64,000 nt of DNA, taken from the IMG/VR virus record IMGVR_UViG_3300031578_000001. The stretch is one strand, 5' to 3'. The DNA comes from a virus. How positions within the stretch are numbered: position 1 is the first letter of the stretch; every line of letters begins with the position of its first letter. The notes under the pieces were generated by a model. It saw nothing but the letters and a program-made list of their open reading frames with translations. It searched no databases and was not told the origin of the DNA. Below are positions 9,019 to 18,294 of this stretch, one piece after another. The translations under genes and the position numbers were made by a program.

Positions 9019-9789
9019 TCAGATTTCGAGTGAAAAGTAGATAGGAGCCTCACTCTTGAGGGACACGTCTTTGCCGGTGGCCTTCAGGAATAAGGCGTTG
9101 ATCTTAGCGACAGAATCGAATTTGACGGTTACGTTTCCGGCCAAGGCCTCCTTTGAGACTGCGCCTCGGATCTCGAAGCCGACACTTCCGTCCTTGGACA
9201 TGATCGGAACGATGCTGATCATGTCCCAAGGAATCCCGGCCTTCATGAGGTCTCCGACGACGTCGCGGATGTCGGGTCGGTAGCTCCTCTTCGGTTGGGG
9301 GACGGGGACCTTCTCTGGTTCCCCGAGGGCGACGATCTCGTTTTCCTGAGACTCTTCGAAGTCATCAGCGGCCGGGATGGCCTGGCTGATTAGGTAGCGG
9401 GCGACAGTGACGAATGCGAGGACGATCCCAGCCTTCGCCTCCGACTTCTCCTTTGCGCTGTCCTCGATCATCTTCACGATGAGAGGGATCTCCTCGAAGA
9501 CGTAGGAGAGTTCGTTGGCGTTATTCGCCATGATCGCATCCGTATCGCCCAGGTAATTCTCCGTGATCCCCGAGAGGACCGAGGACACGCTCATGGCTTC
9601 GAACGATTCCCAGATCTTGGAGAAGGCCGCTACGAGGCCGATGGTGTACTTATCGTTCCCGGATCCTGGAATGGAGAGTCTCGATCTCAGTGCTGGGCAC
9701 GCTTCGGCGGCCTCTTGGACGACTTGCTCGTTGATGAGCAGGCGCTTCGGGGGATCGATCGAGGCCAGGAGTTTGATTGCCTGTGTCAT
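9019..9789 (-). CDS. 256-aa hypothetical protein
   Basis: Long ORF with codon style like other genes; divergent from the baseplate operon. Confidence 0.75.
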   Translation of the reverse strand: MTQAIKLLASIDPPKRLLINEQVVQEAAEACPALRSRLSIPGSGNDKYTIGLVAAFSKIWESFEAMSVSSVLSGITENYLGDTDAIMANNANELSYVFEEIPLIVKMIEDSAKEKSEAKAGIVLAFVTVARYLISQAIPAADDFEESQENEIVALGEPEKVPVPQPKRSYRPDIRDVVGDLMKAGIPWDMISIVPIMSKDGSVGFEIRGAVSKEALAGNVTVKFDSVAKINALFLKATGKDVSLKSEAPIYFSLEI

Positions 9790-9817
9790 TCAAGTTCTCC
9801 CTAATGCTTCACTACCC

Positions 9818-9839
9818 TTGCAAGATTACATGCAAGCAT
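9818..9839. promoter_or_regulatory. Candidate operator TTGCAAGA-TTAC-ATGCAAGCAT
   Basis: Same two blocks recur in inverted orientation at 38459-38476; both sites are in divergent intergenic regions. Confidence 0.4.
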
Positions 9840-9903
9840 CTAAGCAATCAAGGATAAAAAGATAAAATTTATTGGATCATGGTTACGGTCCTTCATGTCT
9901 CTG

Positions 9904-9931
9904 TTGATAACCCCAAGGGCTAACATATACT
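9904..9931 (+). promoter_or_regulatory. Class A promoter TTGATA-N16-TATACT
   Basis: 37 nt before the baseplate-J ATG. Confidence 0.65.
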
Positions 9932-9968
9932 AAGAAGATGAAAGAGACTCTTATGAGACGGTGCGAGG

Positions 9969-11939
9969 ATGGCTGATCCAAATAGATTCTCGATTCCGGT
10001 GATCGATTTCATCACGCAGATTCTGCGTGAATCGTCTCCCTCGATGGACCTCTCCAGGGGGAGCGCGAACTACCAGCAGCTCGTCCTGCCGGCGTCGGTG
10101 ATCCTACAACCGTTCAGGGACCGGAGCAACGTCATCAAGCGTAATCAGAGCCTTCGCAACTACCAGCTCATGGACGAGAGCGAGATGGACCGGAAGGCCG
10201 CTAACTTTCTCGTCGAGCGCAGTCTCGGGTCCAGGGCCTTCGGGCTCCAGCGCGTCTACTTCGCCGAGGAAAGGGCCGTCTACATCGACGAGAGTGCCCT
10301 ATTCCTCGATGACCAGGATCATAGATGGAGGCCGGTGGTTCCCGTGTCCGCCACCTCCATTGAGCTCTCGGCCAATGTGGTCACGGAAACGAACGAGTAT
10401 TTTCTCGACGTGGCCGTCGTAGCCGAGGCAGATGGTGAGGAGTATCGGGCCGAGGCCGGGCAGGTGAACAGGGTCACGAACGTGGTAGGAGCCACGCGCA
10501 CGACGAACCTGTCCGACTACTTCCGGGGCGATGATCCTGAGACCAACACCAAACTCTTCGTTCGGATCGTTGAGTCGATCACGAACAGGGATCTCGTGAA
10601 GTCGACCGCGATCGTCGCGGCCATCAAGGACGCATTCCCAACGGTGCGTGCCGCCATCCCGATCGGGTACGGAGACACGGAAATGCTCAGGGATGTGGTC
10701 GAGGCCATTGTCTCGATCGATCAGGTCCTCCGGTTCTCTTTCTGCCAGAAGGTCAACCTACCTCTTGATGAGAACGGGGATGTGAAATGGTTCGACGATT
10801 CCGGTAATCCGATCATCAGTCCGGTCGGTGGCTACGTAGCTGGTGTCGTGGATGTGACCGGAGTGGACTTCAACAATGTGATCCTTTCCTCGGCTCCGGA
10901 CACGTCAGTGCGCATCTCAGTTCAGCCCGGGTTCAGGGTTCGCATGTACGAGGCGTACAGCGGAGATTCGGACGCCGGCGACTACAGCGTGACCCGTGTG
11001 GAAGAGGTTCCTATCACTCCGAACGGAACCCCGATCAAGGTCATGAGGCTGAACCGACCTTTCGGAGATCCGCAGATCTCGACCTGGGATCCGGACACGG
11101 ACTTCGATAAGTATTCCTACACGATCTTCGGAGGGGCGAGTACGAAGACGTTCCACATCGGTGGAAAGATCGATGTCTACATCGATTCGACAGCCGACGA
11201 GGAGGACTTTGTCATCGTGAGTACACTTCCCGAGATTGCCAATGGTGTCTCGGAGATTCAGATCACGGATATCAATTCGATCAACCCGTCCACGAACCTT
11301 CCGCTCTTCGAGAATAACAAGCCCTTCAGGCTTCCGATGCTCGGGATCTTAAAGGTGGAACAGGTGGACTTCGAGGACGACGCGAAGGTGGAGAGGGAGC
11401 TCGTCGCTGACGCGAACTTCAGGTTCGTCTCGGCCGAGTCCCGCGGAAAGTACACGAGGGCTGAGGACGATGTTCTCATCATAAAGGGATTCGAGAGTGA
11501 CGGTACGACGCCGGCGTTCACGGGCCGAAGGATCAAGATCTACTACACCACGAACTCCGACATTCCGCTGATCCAGGACTGGGCGAACCTTCCCACCATC
11601 AGAGACATCGGGAAGGACACGCTCATTAAGCCGAATAAGACCGCCATTGTCGATATCGAGCTATCCTACACTGGCCCTCTCGAAGTCTCCGAGGTGGATG
11701 AGATTCTCAGCAACTACATCAAGGCGAAAGGATTCGGAGGGACGATCAGTTCCCACGAGGTGGACGCCCTTCTCGCCGTGTTTGGTGTTACGGACGTACA
11801 GCACCCGGTCTACCTGCGTCTCAGGAGGGACATCGGAAACGGGGTCACTGAGTTCGACATTTCGCAGGATTCCCTCACGGCCCGGGCCAATGAGGTCTTC
11901 TATCCTGCGAGCTCACTATCACTGACGAAGATCACATGA
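9969..11939 (+). CDS. Baseplate J-like (T4 gp6-type) wedge protein
   Basis: MDLSRGSA..QLVLPA..LQPF, VAVVAEADGEEYR, GDDPETNTKLFVRI, IGYGDTEMLRD pattern; 656 aa. Confidence 0.8.
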   Translation: MADPNRFSIPVIDFITQILRESSPSMDLSRGSANYQQLVLPASVILQPFRDRSNVIKRNQSLRNYQLMDESEMDRKAANFLVERSLGSRAFGLQRVYFAEERAVYIDESALFLDDQDHRWRPVVPVSATSIELSANVVTETNEYFLDVAVVAEADGEEYRAEAGQVNRVTNVVGATRTTNLSDYFRGDDPETNTKLFVRIVESITNRDLVKSTAIVAAIKDAFPTVRAAIPIGYGDTEMLRDVVEAIVSIDQVLRFSFCQKVNLPLDENGDVKWFDDSGNPIISPVGGYVAGVVDVTGVDFNNVILSSAPDTSVRISVQPGFRVRMYEAYSGDSDAGDYSVTRVEEVPITPNGTPIKVMRLNRPFGDPQISTWDPDTDFDKYSYTIFGGASTKTFHIGGKIDVYIDSTADEEDFVIVSTLPEIANGVSEIQITDINSINPSTNLPLFENNKPFRLPMLGILKVEQVDFEDDAKVERELVADANFRFVSAESRGKYTRAEDDVLIIKGFESDGTTPAFTGRRIKIYYTTNSDIPLIQDWANLPTIRDIGKDTLIKPNKTAIVDIELSYTGPLEVSEVDEILSNYIKAKGFGGTISSHEVDALLAVFGVTDVQHPVYLRLRRDIGNGVTEFDISQDSLTARANEVFYPASSLSLTKIT

Positions 11940-14809
11940 CAAGAATCTTCGACCCAAATCCGATTTTCGATCTCCTCAGATCGTTCTGGCGAAAACATTA
12001 CAAGGACAGGAAGAAGCTGGAACGATTCTGGGAGGGGTTCGTTCGTTTGATGGACGACGAGTACGCCTCCATCGAGCAGATCAGCGACGCTGGATCCGTG
12101 ATCTCGTGCCCGTCGTTCATCTATCACACCTACCTCTACAGGAAGCTCGAGGACTGGAAGATCTACGGTGTTCCTCACAAGCACTTCTCGAAGAGGTTCA
12201 GGGCATCCGCCGGCCAGACAGTGTTCTACTTGGGCGTATGGGTGAATACCGGCCTTACCCAGGTGTTCCTGCACGGCAAGGAAACCGATCCTCTGGTGGA
12301 CCCTTATAAGATCACATTCGAGCAGGACTCGACGCAGCCAGGGACCAATCCTACCGGCGCCAGGCTGATCTTCCAGAACCCGCTGAGCGTCAACGCTCCA
12401 GTGGCTGTCTTCTCCGACCGGGAGGTGGCGAGGCAGGAAGTCGAGGTCACCTCTTCCGGGTTGTACGACATCACGTTTCCAGGGGACGTGGATGAATCTT
12501 CCATCCGTATGATCCTGAAGAAGATCAATCTCACGAGGTTTCTCGACGTTCAGCCCCAGTCCTTTTCGTGGAAGACCTTTCCATCCGGTGTCCAAGACAC
12601 CAGGATCTTTCGTCGTGGAGAAGTATTCGAAATCGTTGACGGAGCCGTCAGGCAGACCGTCTCCCTTTCGGTGACGGGACAAAGCGTTTCGATTCCTACG
12701 GCCGTGAATCCGCTGACCGCCAATGTATACCGTCTAATTGACCTCGATATCACCGACGGAAAGATCACGATGGATGGAGCTGTCCTTCGATCCGGAAATC
12801 AGGCCTTTCCTCCGTCGTCCCTGGTCCGGGCCGCCGATTTCATCGGAAGCGAGGGCATCGAGGTCAAGGAGGCCGTTAGCTCGATCGAGTACAGGAGAGC
12901 GTACGACTCATCGTCGTTCAAGGCGTTCATGTATGCCGGTGAGATCACAGGAGGCTACTCTTCCGTGGAGGATAAGATCACCTTCTCCAGATCCTTCATG
13001 GAGGGAGTGGTCCTGGTTGTCGAGGCCAATCTGAACGAGGATAACGACCATGCCGAGTACAGGCAGGTCACCTCAGCCCTCACTAACCAGATTTCCGTTC
13101 CGATCACGAGACCATTTGCACTCACGGCAGGTCTGGCGGAGAGGCCGAACTACCCGGTCATGCTCTTCATAGACGGCGTGCTTCAACCACTTGATACCTA
13201 CACGTTCCTCTCGACGGTCACGCTCCAGATGAATACCAGTGTGATCCCGCAGACCTCGGTCGTGGATCTCTACTACGTAGACCTCGAGGAGCCTGAGCCT
13301 CATCTCCATGTTGTAGAGCGCATCCGTGTGAAGACTCCGACGGTCGCTTTCCATCTCGAGTCGAAGCCAGCGGATCGATACCCGAGGATCGTGACAGTCT
13401 CGGGTATCATGGAGAGCGATAAGACGAAGAGGTACTTCGTACAGGACGGGGAGTTCCTTAATTTCTACCAGCCACTTTCGAGCGGGTCTCTCGTTCAGGT
13501 CAGAGGAGCCAAGAAGTCATTCCGTTTCTACCATGACATCGACACGGAGTTCGTGAAGGCAGACTATCTCCAGAATGGAATCGACGAGAAGTCAGGCAAA
13601 ATTCCAGGAGGATGGACGATCCAGCTTCCGTGGAGATCGGGGTTTCTGATCACGTCCGGCATCCTCGAGTCCGACTACAACATCGAGAATGCCTGGTTCG
13701 TCAATGCCTTTGTCGACGAGCGCACGGGCTACAACAACTTCGGGTTCCTTGTCGAGTTTGATCGGCAGACGTCAAACGAATATATTCGGATCCTGCGGGC
13801 CATGTTCTCTGGCAACTACGCAGGGTCTCAGATCTGGACGATTGAGTCCCTCGTCTGCATCCTACTCGGCTCTGAGTATCTCGATGAGTCCGGTGCGGTG
13901 GACTCGATCTCCGGCAATCTGGTACGGATCGGCGACAGAACTTACGACGTCGATCCGGAGGTAGGACCTCGTGTGAAGCCCGGTGTCGAGTACGGGAAGT
14001 ATCACGCTGTTTCGGCGATGGCCGAGGTCATCGATGACTGGGAGCCGTTCCCCGAGATCGCTCTGATCGCGAGCGACTTCTCGGATACCTATTCTTACGC
14101 CAGGACTCTCGATGTGCATCGGGACCGTATTCTCAATGGTCCGAGCTGTCATTACGACAGCCATCTCGATCGTATCATCGATCCCGATACAGACTTCTTC
14201 CTCAAGGAGGTGTGGCCTGGAGATCTAATCGCCGTCTTTACCCAGAACGATCCGAGTACGGCGCTTTACGGTCGAGTGATCAGGGTCGAACGGCACACTC
14301 TTCAGACAACGATCATTCCCGATGTGCTTCCCAGCGCCTACGGCCGCGGACGCTTTGGCCAGTGGGCCTACGGTGTCGGTTCGCTTATAATACCTCTTGA
14401 TAGGTACCGGATCTGGGTGAGGAGGACTGACACCCTTGATGTCTACCGTCACCTTGACGAGGCTCTCCAGGAGGATGTTCCGTATCTCGCAGAGCGTCTT
14501 CATGACCTTCTGTCCACGTTCACTTTTCTCGTGAACATCAAGTGGTCCTCCGTGAGAGATGGGACGGCACTCAGGGATGTTGAGAATCTCGTCGAGCGTC
14601 TCAAACCCAAGGAGCAGCGAGGGATCATCATGACGAGAGCCTTCGATGGAGGGCTCGTCGAAGAGGTCGTCGGTCAAGTGCTGGACCAGGAGCCCACGAT
14701 CACTGAAGTTCCGAACTACGCTTTCGTGTCTTCGGTTCCGGAGATCATTGGAATAGTGGGAGAGAACGGCCAGATCAGCCCTAACATGGGTTCGTTCCTC
14801 GGTCCGTAG
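11936..14809 (+). CDS. 957-aa baseplate wedge-associated protein (putative)
   Basis: ATGA-coupled to baseplate J; beta-rich; C-terminal DVENLVERLKP resembles wedge/tail-I-type termini. Confidence 0.55.
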   Translation: MTRIFDPNPIFDLLRSFWRKHYKDRKKLERFWEGFVRLMDDEYASIEQISDAGSVISCPSFIYHTYLYRKLEDWKIYGVPHKHFSKRFRASAGQTVFYLGVWVNTGLTQVFLHGKETDPLVDPYKITFEQDSTQPGTNPTGARLIFQNPLSVNAPVAVFSDREVARQEVEVTSSGLYDITFPGDVDESSIRMILKKINLTRFLDVQPQSFSWKTFPSGVQDTRIFRRGEVFEIVDGAVRQTVSLSVTGQSVSIPTAVNPLTANVYRLIDLDITDGKITMDGAVLRSGNQAFPPSSLVRAADFIGSEGIEVKEAVSSIEYRRAYDSSSFKAFMYAGEITGGYSSVEDKITFSRSFMEGVVLVVEANLNEDNDHAEYRQVTSALTNQISVPITRPFALTAGLAERPNYPVMLFIDGVLQPLDTYTFLSTVTLQMNTSVIPQTSVVDLYYVDLEEPEPHLHVVERIRVKTPTVAFHLESKPADRYPRIVTVSGIMESDKTKRYFVQDGEFLNFYQPLSSGSLVQVRGAKKSFRFYHDIDTEFVKADYLQNGIDEKSGKIPGGWTIQLPWRSGFLITSGILESDYNIENAWFVNAFVDERTGYNNFGFLVEFDRQTSNEYIRILRAMFSGNYAGSQIWTIESLVCILLGSEYLDESGAVDSISGNLVRIGDRTYDVDPEVGPRVKPGVEYGKYHAVSAMAEVIDDWEPFPEIALIASDFSDTYSYARTLDVHRDRILNGPSCHYDSHLDRIIDPDTDFFLKEVWPGDLIAVFTQNDPSTALYGRVIRVERHTLQTTIIPDVLPSAYGRGRFGQWAYGVGSLIIPLDRYRIWVRRTDTLDVYRHLDEALQEDVPYLAERLHDLLSTFTFLVNIKWSSVRDGTALRDVENLVERLKPKEQRGIIMTRAFDGGLVEEVVGQVLDQEPTITEVPNYAFVSSVPEIIGIVGENGQISPNMGSFLGP

Positions 14810-14817
14810 GAGTTCTT

Positions 14818-16140
14818 ATGGACAAGGTCAATTTCAGCGACAGAGAGAAGCTTGTACCGGAGGACATGAATGCCCTCCACGACCTGGCGGAGGTGGCCCT
14901 CGCGGATCTCGTCCGTTCGGTTACGGGAGGGTCGGCGGATGTCTTGTTCAAGAATGCTCCCCCGACGGCCATTCACGTGTCTCCCAACATCAGAATCGAC
15001 GTGCCGGAGCAGTGGTTTGCGGTTTCCGGGGTCACGGAAAAAGTGCTCGCTGCAACGATCAACAAGCCCGACATACCCGACTATCATCGGATCTTCTTCA
15101 TCATATCGAGAGTAGATCAGACCGGAAGTCGGGACTTCTTCCAGATCGTCGGTGGATCGGTTCAGGTCGTGACGCAGACTTCGGTGATCAGGAAGAATAC
15201 GGCGGTCCGAATCGAAGTTCTGAGCTCTGGGAATCCAGCAGTGGCTCCGGGGACCCCCACACTCAATCCGAACGACATCGGGTATATCGAGCTCGCATCG
15301 GTCGTGTGGAACGGGACTGTGATCTCGGTGGCCCATAATATATCGGCGCTCTACGCGTTCCCTGGGGCATCGATCGCTCCGACGGGTCACGCGCCCACGC
15401 ACTTGCCAGGGGGTGGGGACGCCATCCAATTGGCGACACTGGGAAGTGATCCGCTGGGTTCGACTCCTGGTCTGGTTCCCTCCGGCGCCTTCGCTGTCTT
15501 GATGGCCGCACTCCAGACGCTGGAAATCTCGCCACAGGCGAAGTTCCTCACGAAGATCATCAGTGGAACCAATAGTTCTATCGACCCGAAGAAGGTGGAG
15601 CTGGCTCTCAAGATCAACCAGTCTCTCGCCGGCTTCTTTGATTCTCAGACGGGACAGACACTGCTCGGAGTCAACTTCGCGAAAGGTCCGTACGCCGGCG
15701 ACTCTCCTCTGGTCGCGAGCGGGAACCACAGGCACCCGCCAAGCCAGTCTCCTGTTGCCGTGCTGATTGAGCATGCCACGGTGCAGGCGTCCGATCTCGG
15801 TACTCTCATCTCGATTCCGAGGTTTGTCGGTGTCTCCAGGATCTACACGACGCAGGTGTTCTGGGCACCTCCGGGCAAGGTCAGCCCTCCCTACCCTCAG
15901 ATCGAGTGTGGATGGGATGAGAGGACGGCCGGGAACTTCACCGGGGCAAAGGTCCATATCATCTCTCAGGACGAGGTGAAGCTCGAGCTCGGCTTCAAGG
16001 CGATCACCCGCATGGGTCAGGCAGCTCTCGACTATGTGCTCAGCACACTGCCTGCGCCGACGCCGAACTGGACCTACGCCGATGCCATCTCGGAGCCGAC
16101 CGAGGGCGAGATGTATGTGAAAGTGATCGGTCTCAGATGA
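14818..16140 (+). CDS. 440-aa baseplate/fibre-attachment protein (putative)
   Basis: N-terminal VNFSDREKLVPEDMNALH is typical of baseplate-peripheral proteins; GHAPTHLPGGGD fibre motif. Confidence 0.55.
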   Translation: MDKVNFSDREKLVPEDMNALHDLAEVALADLVRSVTGGSADVLFKNAPPTAIHVSPNIRIDVPEQWFAVSGVTEKVLAATINKPDIPDYHRIFFIISRVDQTGSRDFFQIVGGSVQVVTQTSVIRKNTAVRIEVLSSGNPAVAPGTPTLNPNDIGYIELASVVWNGTVISVAHNISALYAFPGASIAPTGHAPTHLPGGGDAIQLATLGSDPLGSTPGLVPSGAFAVLMAALQTLEISPQAKFLTKIISGTNSSIDPKKVELALKINQSLAGFFDSQTGQTLLGVNFAKGPYAGDSPLVASGNHRHPPSQSPVAVLIEHATVQASDLGTLISIPRFVGVSRIYTTQVFWAPPGKVSPPYPQIECGWDERTAGNFTGAKVHIISQDEVKLELGFKAITRMGQAALDYVLSTLPAPTPNWTYADAISEPTEGEMYVKVIGLR

Positions 16141-16655
16141 TGGAACAACGAGAGAAGATCGAGGGCAGGATCTCCGGGTTCCTGATGGTGTATGAGTGCC
16201 GCAACGGCGGAGAGCCAGTTCTCGTCCTGGACGGACGCAACTCGATCACCGATTATTCGGAGACGATCATCAAGGGACTCCTGGCCAGAAACCCTGAGGA
16301 CTTCATGATCGACGGCATCGCTATCGGCCTTGGGGGCGATGCCGAGATCTCCGAGCCTCACAACGATACGGGTGCCAGAGTGGCTCCGGATCCGGTCGAG
16401 GAGACGATGCGGATCCCTCTCGAGACCATCCTGATTCAGATGACCCAGGAGGTGTCCGGAGGGATCGAATTCACGGCTCTCGCTCGACCTGATCAGGCCA
16501 TTTCCGATAACATCAACGAGTTCGGCCTGGTGGCTCGGAACGGTAAGATCTTCGCTCACTACGTCCCCGATGCGGACCCGACCAGGGCGGAGAAGAAGCC
16601 CAAGACCGACATCTACTGGATCATGAAGTGGACCGTGGAATACGCCAATGCGTAG
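16137..16655 (+). CDS. 172-aa baseplate-fibre junction-like protein
   Basis: NSITD...GLLA...IAIGLG...NINEFGLVARNGKIFAH...WIMKWTVEY pattern resembles fibre N-terminal attachment domains. Confidence 0.5.
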   Translation: MMEQREKIEGRISGFLMVYECRNGGEPVLVLDGRNSITDYSETIIKGLLARNPEDFMIDGIAIGLGGDAEISEPHNDTGARVAPDPVEETMRIPLETILIQMTQEVSGGIEFTALARPDQAISDNINEFGLVARNGKIFAHYVPDADPTRAEKKPKTDIYWIMKWTVEYANA

Positions 16656-16663
16656 GAGGGGCC

Positions 16664-17110
16664 ATGAATGAGATTCCCAATAGCATGCAGAAACAGGAGC
16701 CGGTGAGGATCTCCAAGAGGGATCTCGACATGCTCCAGTACAACCGAGAGCTGATGCGCAGGGCCTCGCTGACCGGTCCGTCAACCATGCTCATGGGAGC
16801 CGACCTTCCCATGATCCGGACGTTTGCCCAGGAAACCTTCATGCAGATGTCCAACATGCACCCGGACCAATTCAAGGGAAAGACCGTGAGGGACTGGGAG
16901 GAAGCCATCAAGACTTTCATCCAGTCCAGACGCCCGGAGTTCAAGAACGAGATCCTCACCAAGATGAAAGCAAGGTACGCCGAGGGAGGGGACGTTCCGA
17001 ACGTGGTCCTGTCGAAGTCCATGGAACAGGAGGGTATGCAGCAGAAGAAGGCCAGTGCCCTCGACGCTCTCCTCTCCAAGGCTCTCGATGTCGTGGAGGC
17101 ATCCGAGTGA
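16664..17110 (+). CDS. 148-aa hypothetical protein
   Basis: Start reassigned to ATG 16664 (SD AGGAGG). Confidence 0.7.
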   Translation: MNEIPNSMQKQEPVRISKRDLDMLQYNRELMRRASLTGPSTMLMGADLPMIRTFAQETFMQMSNMHPDQFKGKTVRDWEEAIKTFIQSRRPEFKNEILTKMKARYAEGGDVPNVVLSKSMEQEGMQQKKASALDALLSKALDVVEASE

Positions 17111-17754
17111 TAGTGATCCAGGAAGATGAACCTATCATCATGAGAGGGTGGAAGGTAGTCGGAACGCGGCCCATTGGACACTTCATGGCCCAGGAGCGAA
17201 GGCCCACTTTCGGTAGGACCAGAGAGTACAAGGATGGTATCGTGATCAAAGAATCGATGGCCAAGGCGTTCAACGACGAATTGGATAAAATCGCTGCTGA
17301 TTACATCAATCCCACGATCGCGAGATCCAATCCGACCGTGGCTGCACACCAGAATGCTATCCCAACGAAGATTAACCCGAAGCCGAAAAATCTGACGCCG
17401 ACACCGGCACCAGCACCTTCGAAGATAACACCTCCGAAGCCCAGACGGGCTTTCTTCGGCAAACCCGCGCTGATGGGTAGTGCGGCTATAGGGGGAGCCA
17501 TGCTTCTCGGAAGTCACTTATTAAAGTCCGCGAGCGCTTTCATTGACGAGATCTCCAAGATCGCCAGGAAGATGCCCCATTTCACGGATCAGAACAGAGA
17601 TCCTAAGGCCAAGGAGGTCTACCGGAGCCTGAAGCGGGAGCATCCCGGGTGGCCTGCTGGAAAGAAGGCGAGGATCGCCGAGGCTGCCGCGAACGAAGCG
17701 GGTATGGGGGCCGGTGATCAGCCTGGAGGCATCCGGTATTCCAGGAAGAAATGA
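17107..17754 (+). CDS. 215-aa protein with two copies of the FxDExxKI tag
   Basis: AFNDELDKIA and AFIDEISKIA separate three low-complexity segments. Confidence 0.75.
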   Translation: MIVIQEDEPIIMRGWKVVGTRPIGHFMAQERRPTFGRTREYKDGIVIKESMAKAFNDELDKIAADYINPTIARSNPTVAAHQNAIPTKINPKPKNLTPTPAPAPSKITPPKPRRAFFGKPALMGSAAIGGAMLLGSHLLKSASAFIDEISKIARKMPHFTDQNRDPKAKEVYRSLKREHPGWPAGKKARIAEAAANEAGMGAGDQPGGIRYSRKK

Positions 17755-18281
17755 GTATCGAAAAGAGAATTGAATCTGCATTCGTTGATGAGATCGAGAA
17801 GATCGGGATCTCGGCTTACGGTCTCGGACGCAGTCTTGGGTTATCAAAGAGTCAGATCTTCGGCTTAGCTAAGTCCAAGAATCAGCTCGAGGATGCGATC
17901 CTTCGGCTCACAAGAGGGAAGAGGCCGAAACATATTCTCGAGAGGATTCCTCCTGGCATGGTGAGGACAAGAGCCGTGGTCAAGGGCATAGTCAACAAAC
18001 TCAAAAAGGGAGGACCTACATCGTGGGCCATGGGCAAGGTGCTGGAGCGTCCGAGGAAGCGAGCCCTTGTGGGAGGTCTAATCGGAGGTTTGATTGGATT
18101 GCCAGCGCCTCCTGGAATCCCGGCGATGATGGTGCTGGCCCCTGGAGTGGCGACTGCTACGGAGCTTCCGAGGATCTTGAGATTAGGGAAGCAGCGCCAG
18201 AAGATGATCCTTCCCAAGATCATCCAGACGATCAAGGGCCTGCCGCAGCGGGTGACGCAGGCGATCAGGAAGAGGACATAG
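17751..18281 (+). CDS. 176-aa basic tagged protein with Gly-zipper segment
   Basis: MSIEKRIESAFVDEIEKIG; LVGGLIGGLIGL. Confidence 0.75.
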   Translation: MSIEKRIESAFVDEIEKIGISAYGLGRSLGLSKSQIFGLAKSKNQLEDAILRLTRGKRPKHILERIPPGMVRTRAVVKGIVNKLKKGGPTSWAMGKVLERPRKRALVGGLIGGLIGLPAPPGIPAMMVLAPGVATATELPRILRLGKQRQKMILPKIIQTIKGLPQRVTQAIRKRT

Positions 18282-18294
18282 TCCGGAGACAATC

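Noticed and set aside
15461-15480. GGTTCGACTCC T-loop-like sequence
   Set aside because: Lies in the coding frame (LGSTPG) with no acceptor-stem complement.
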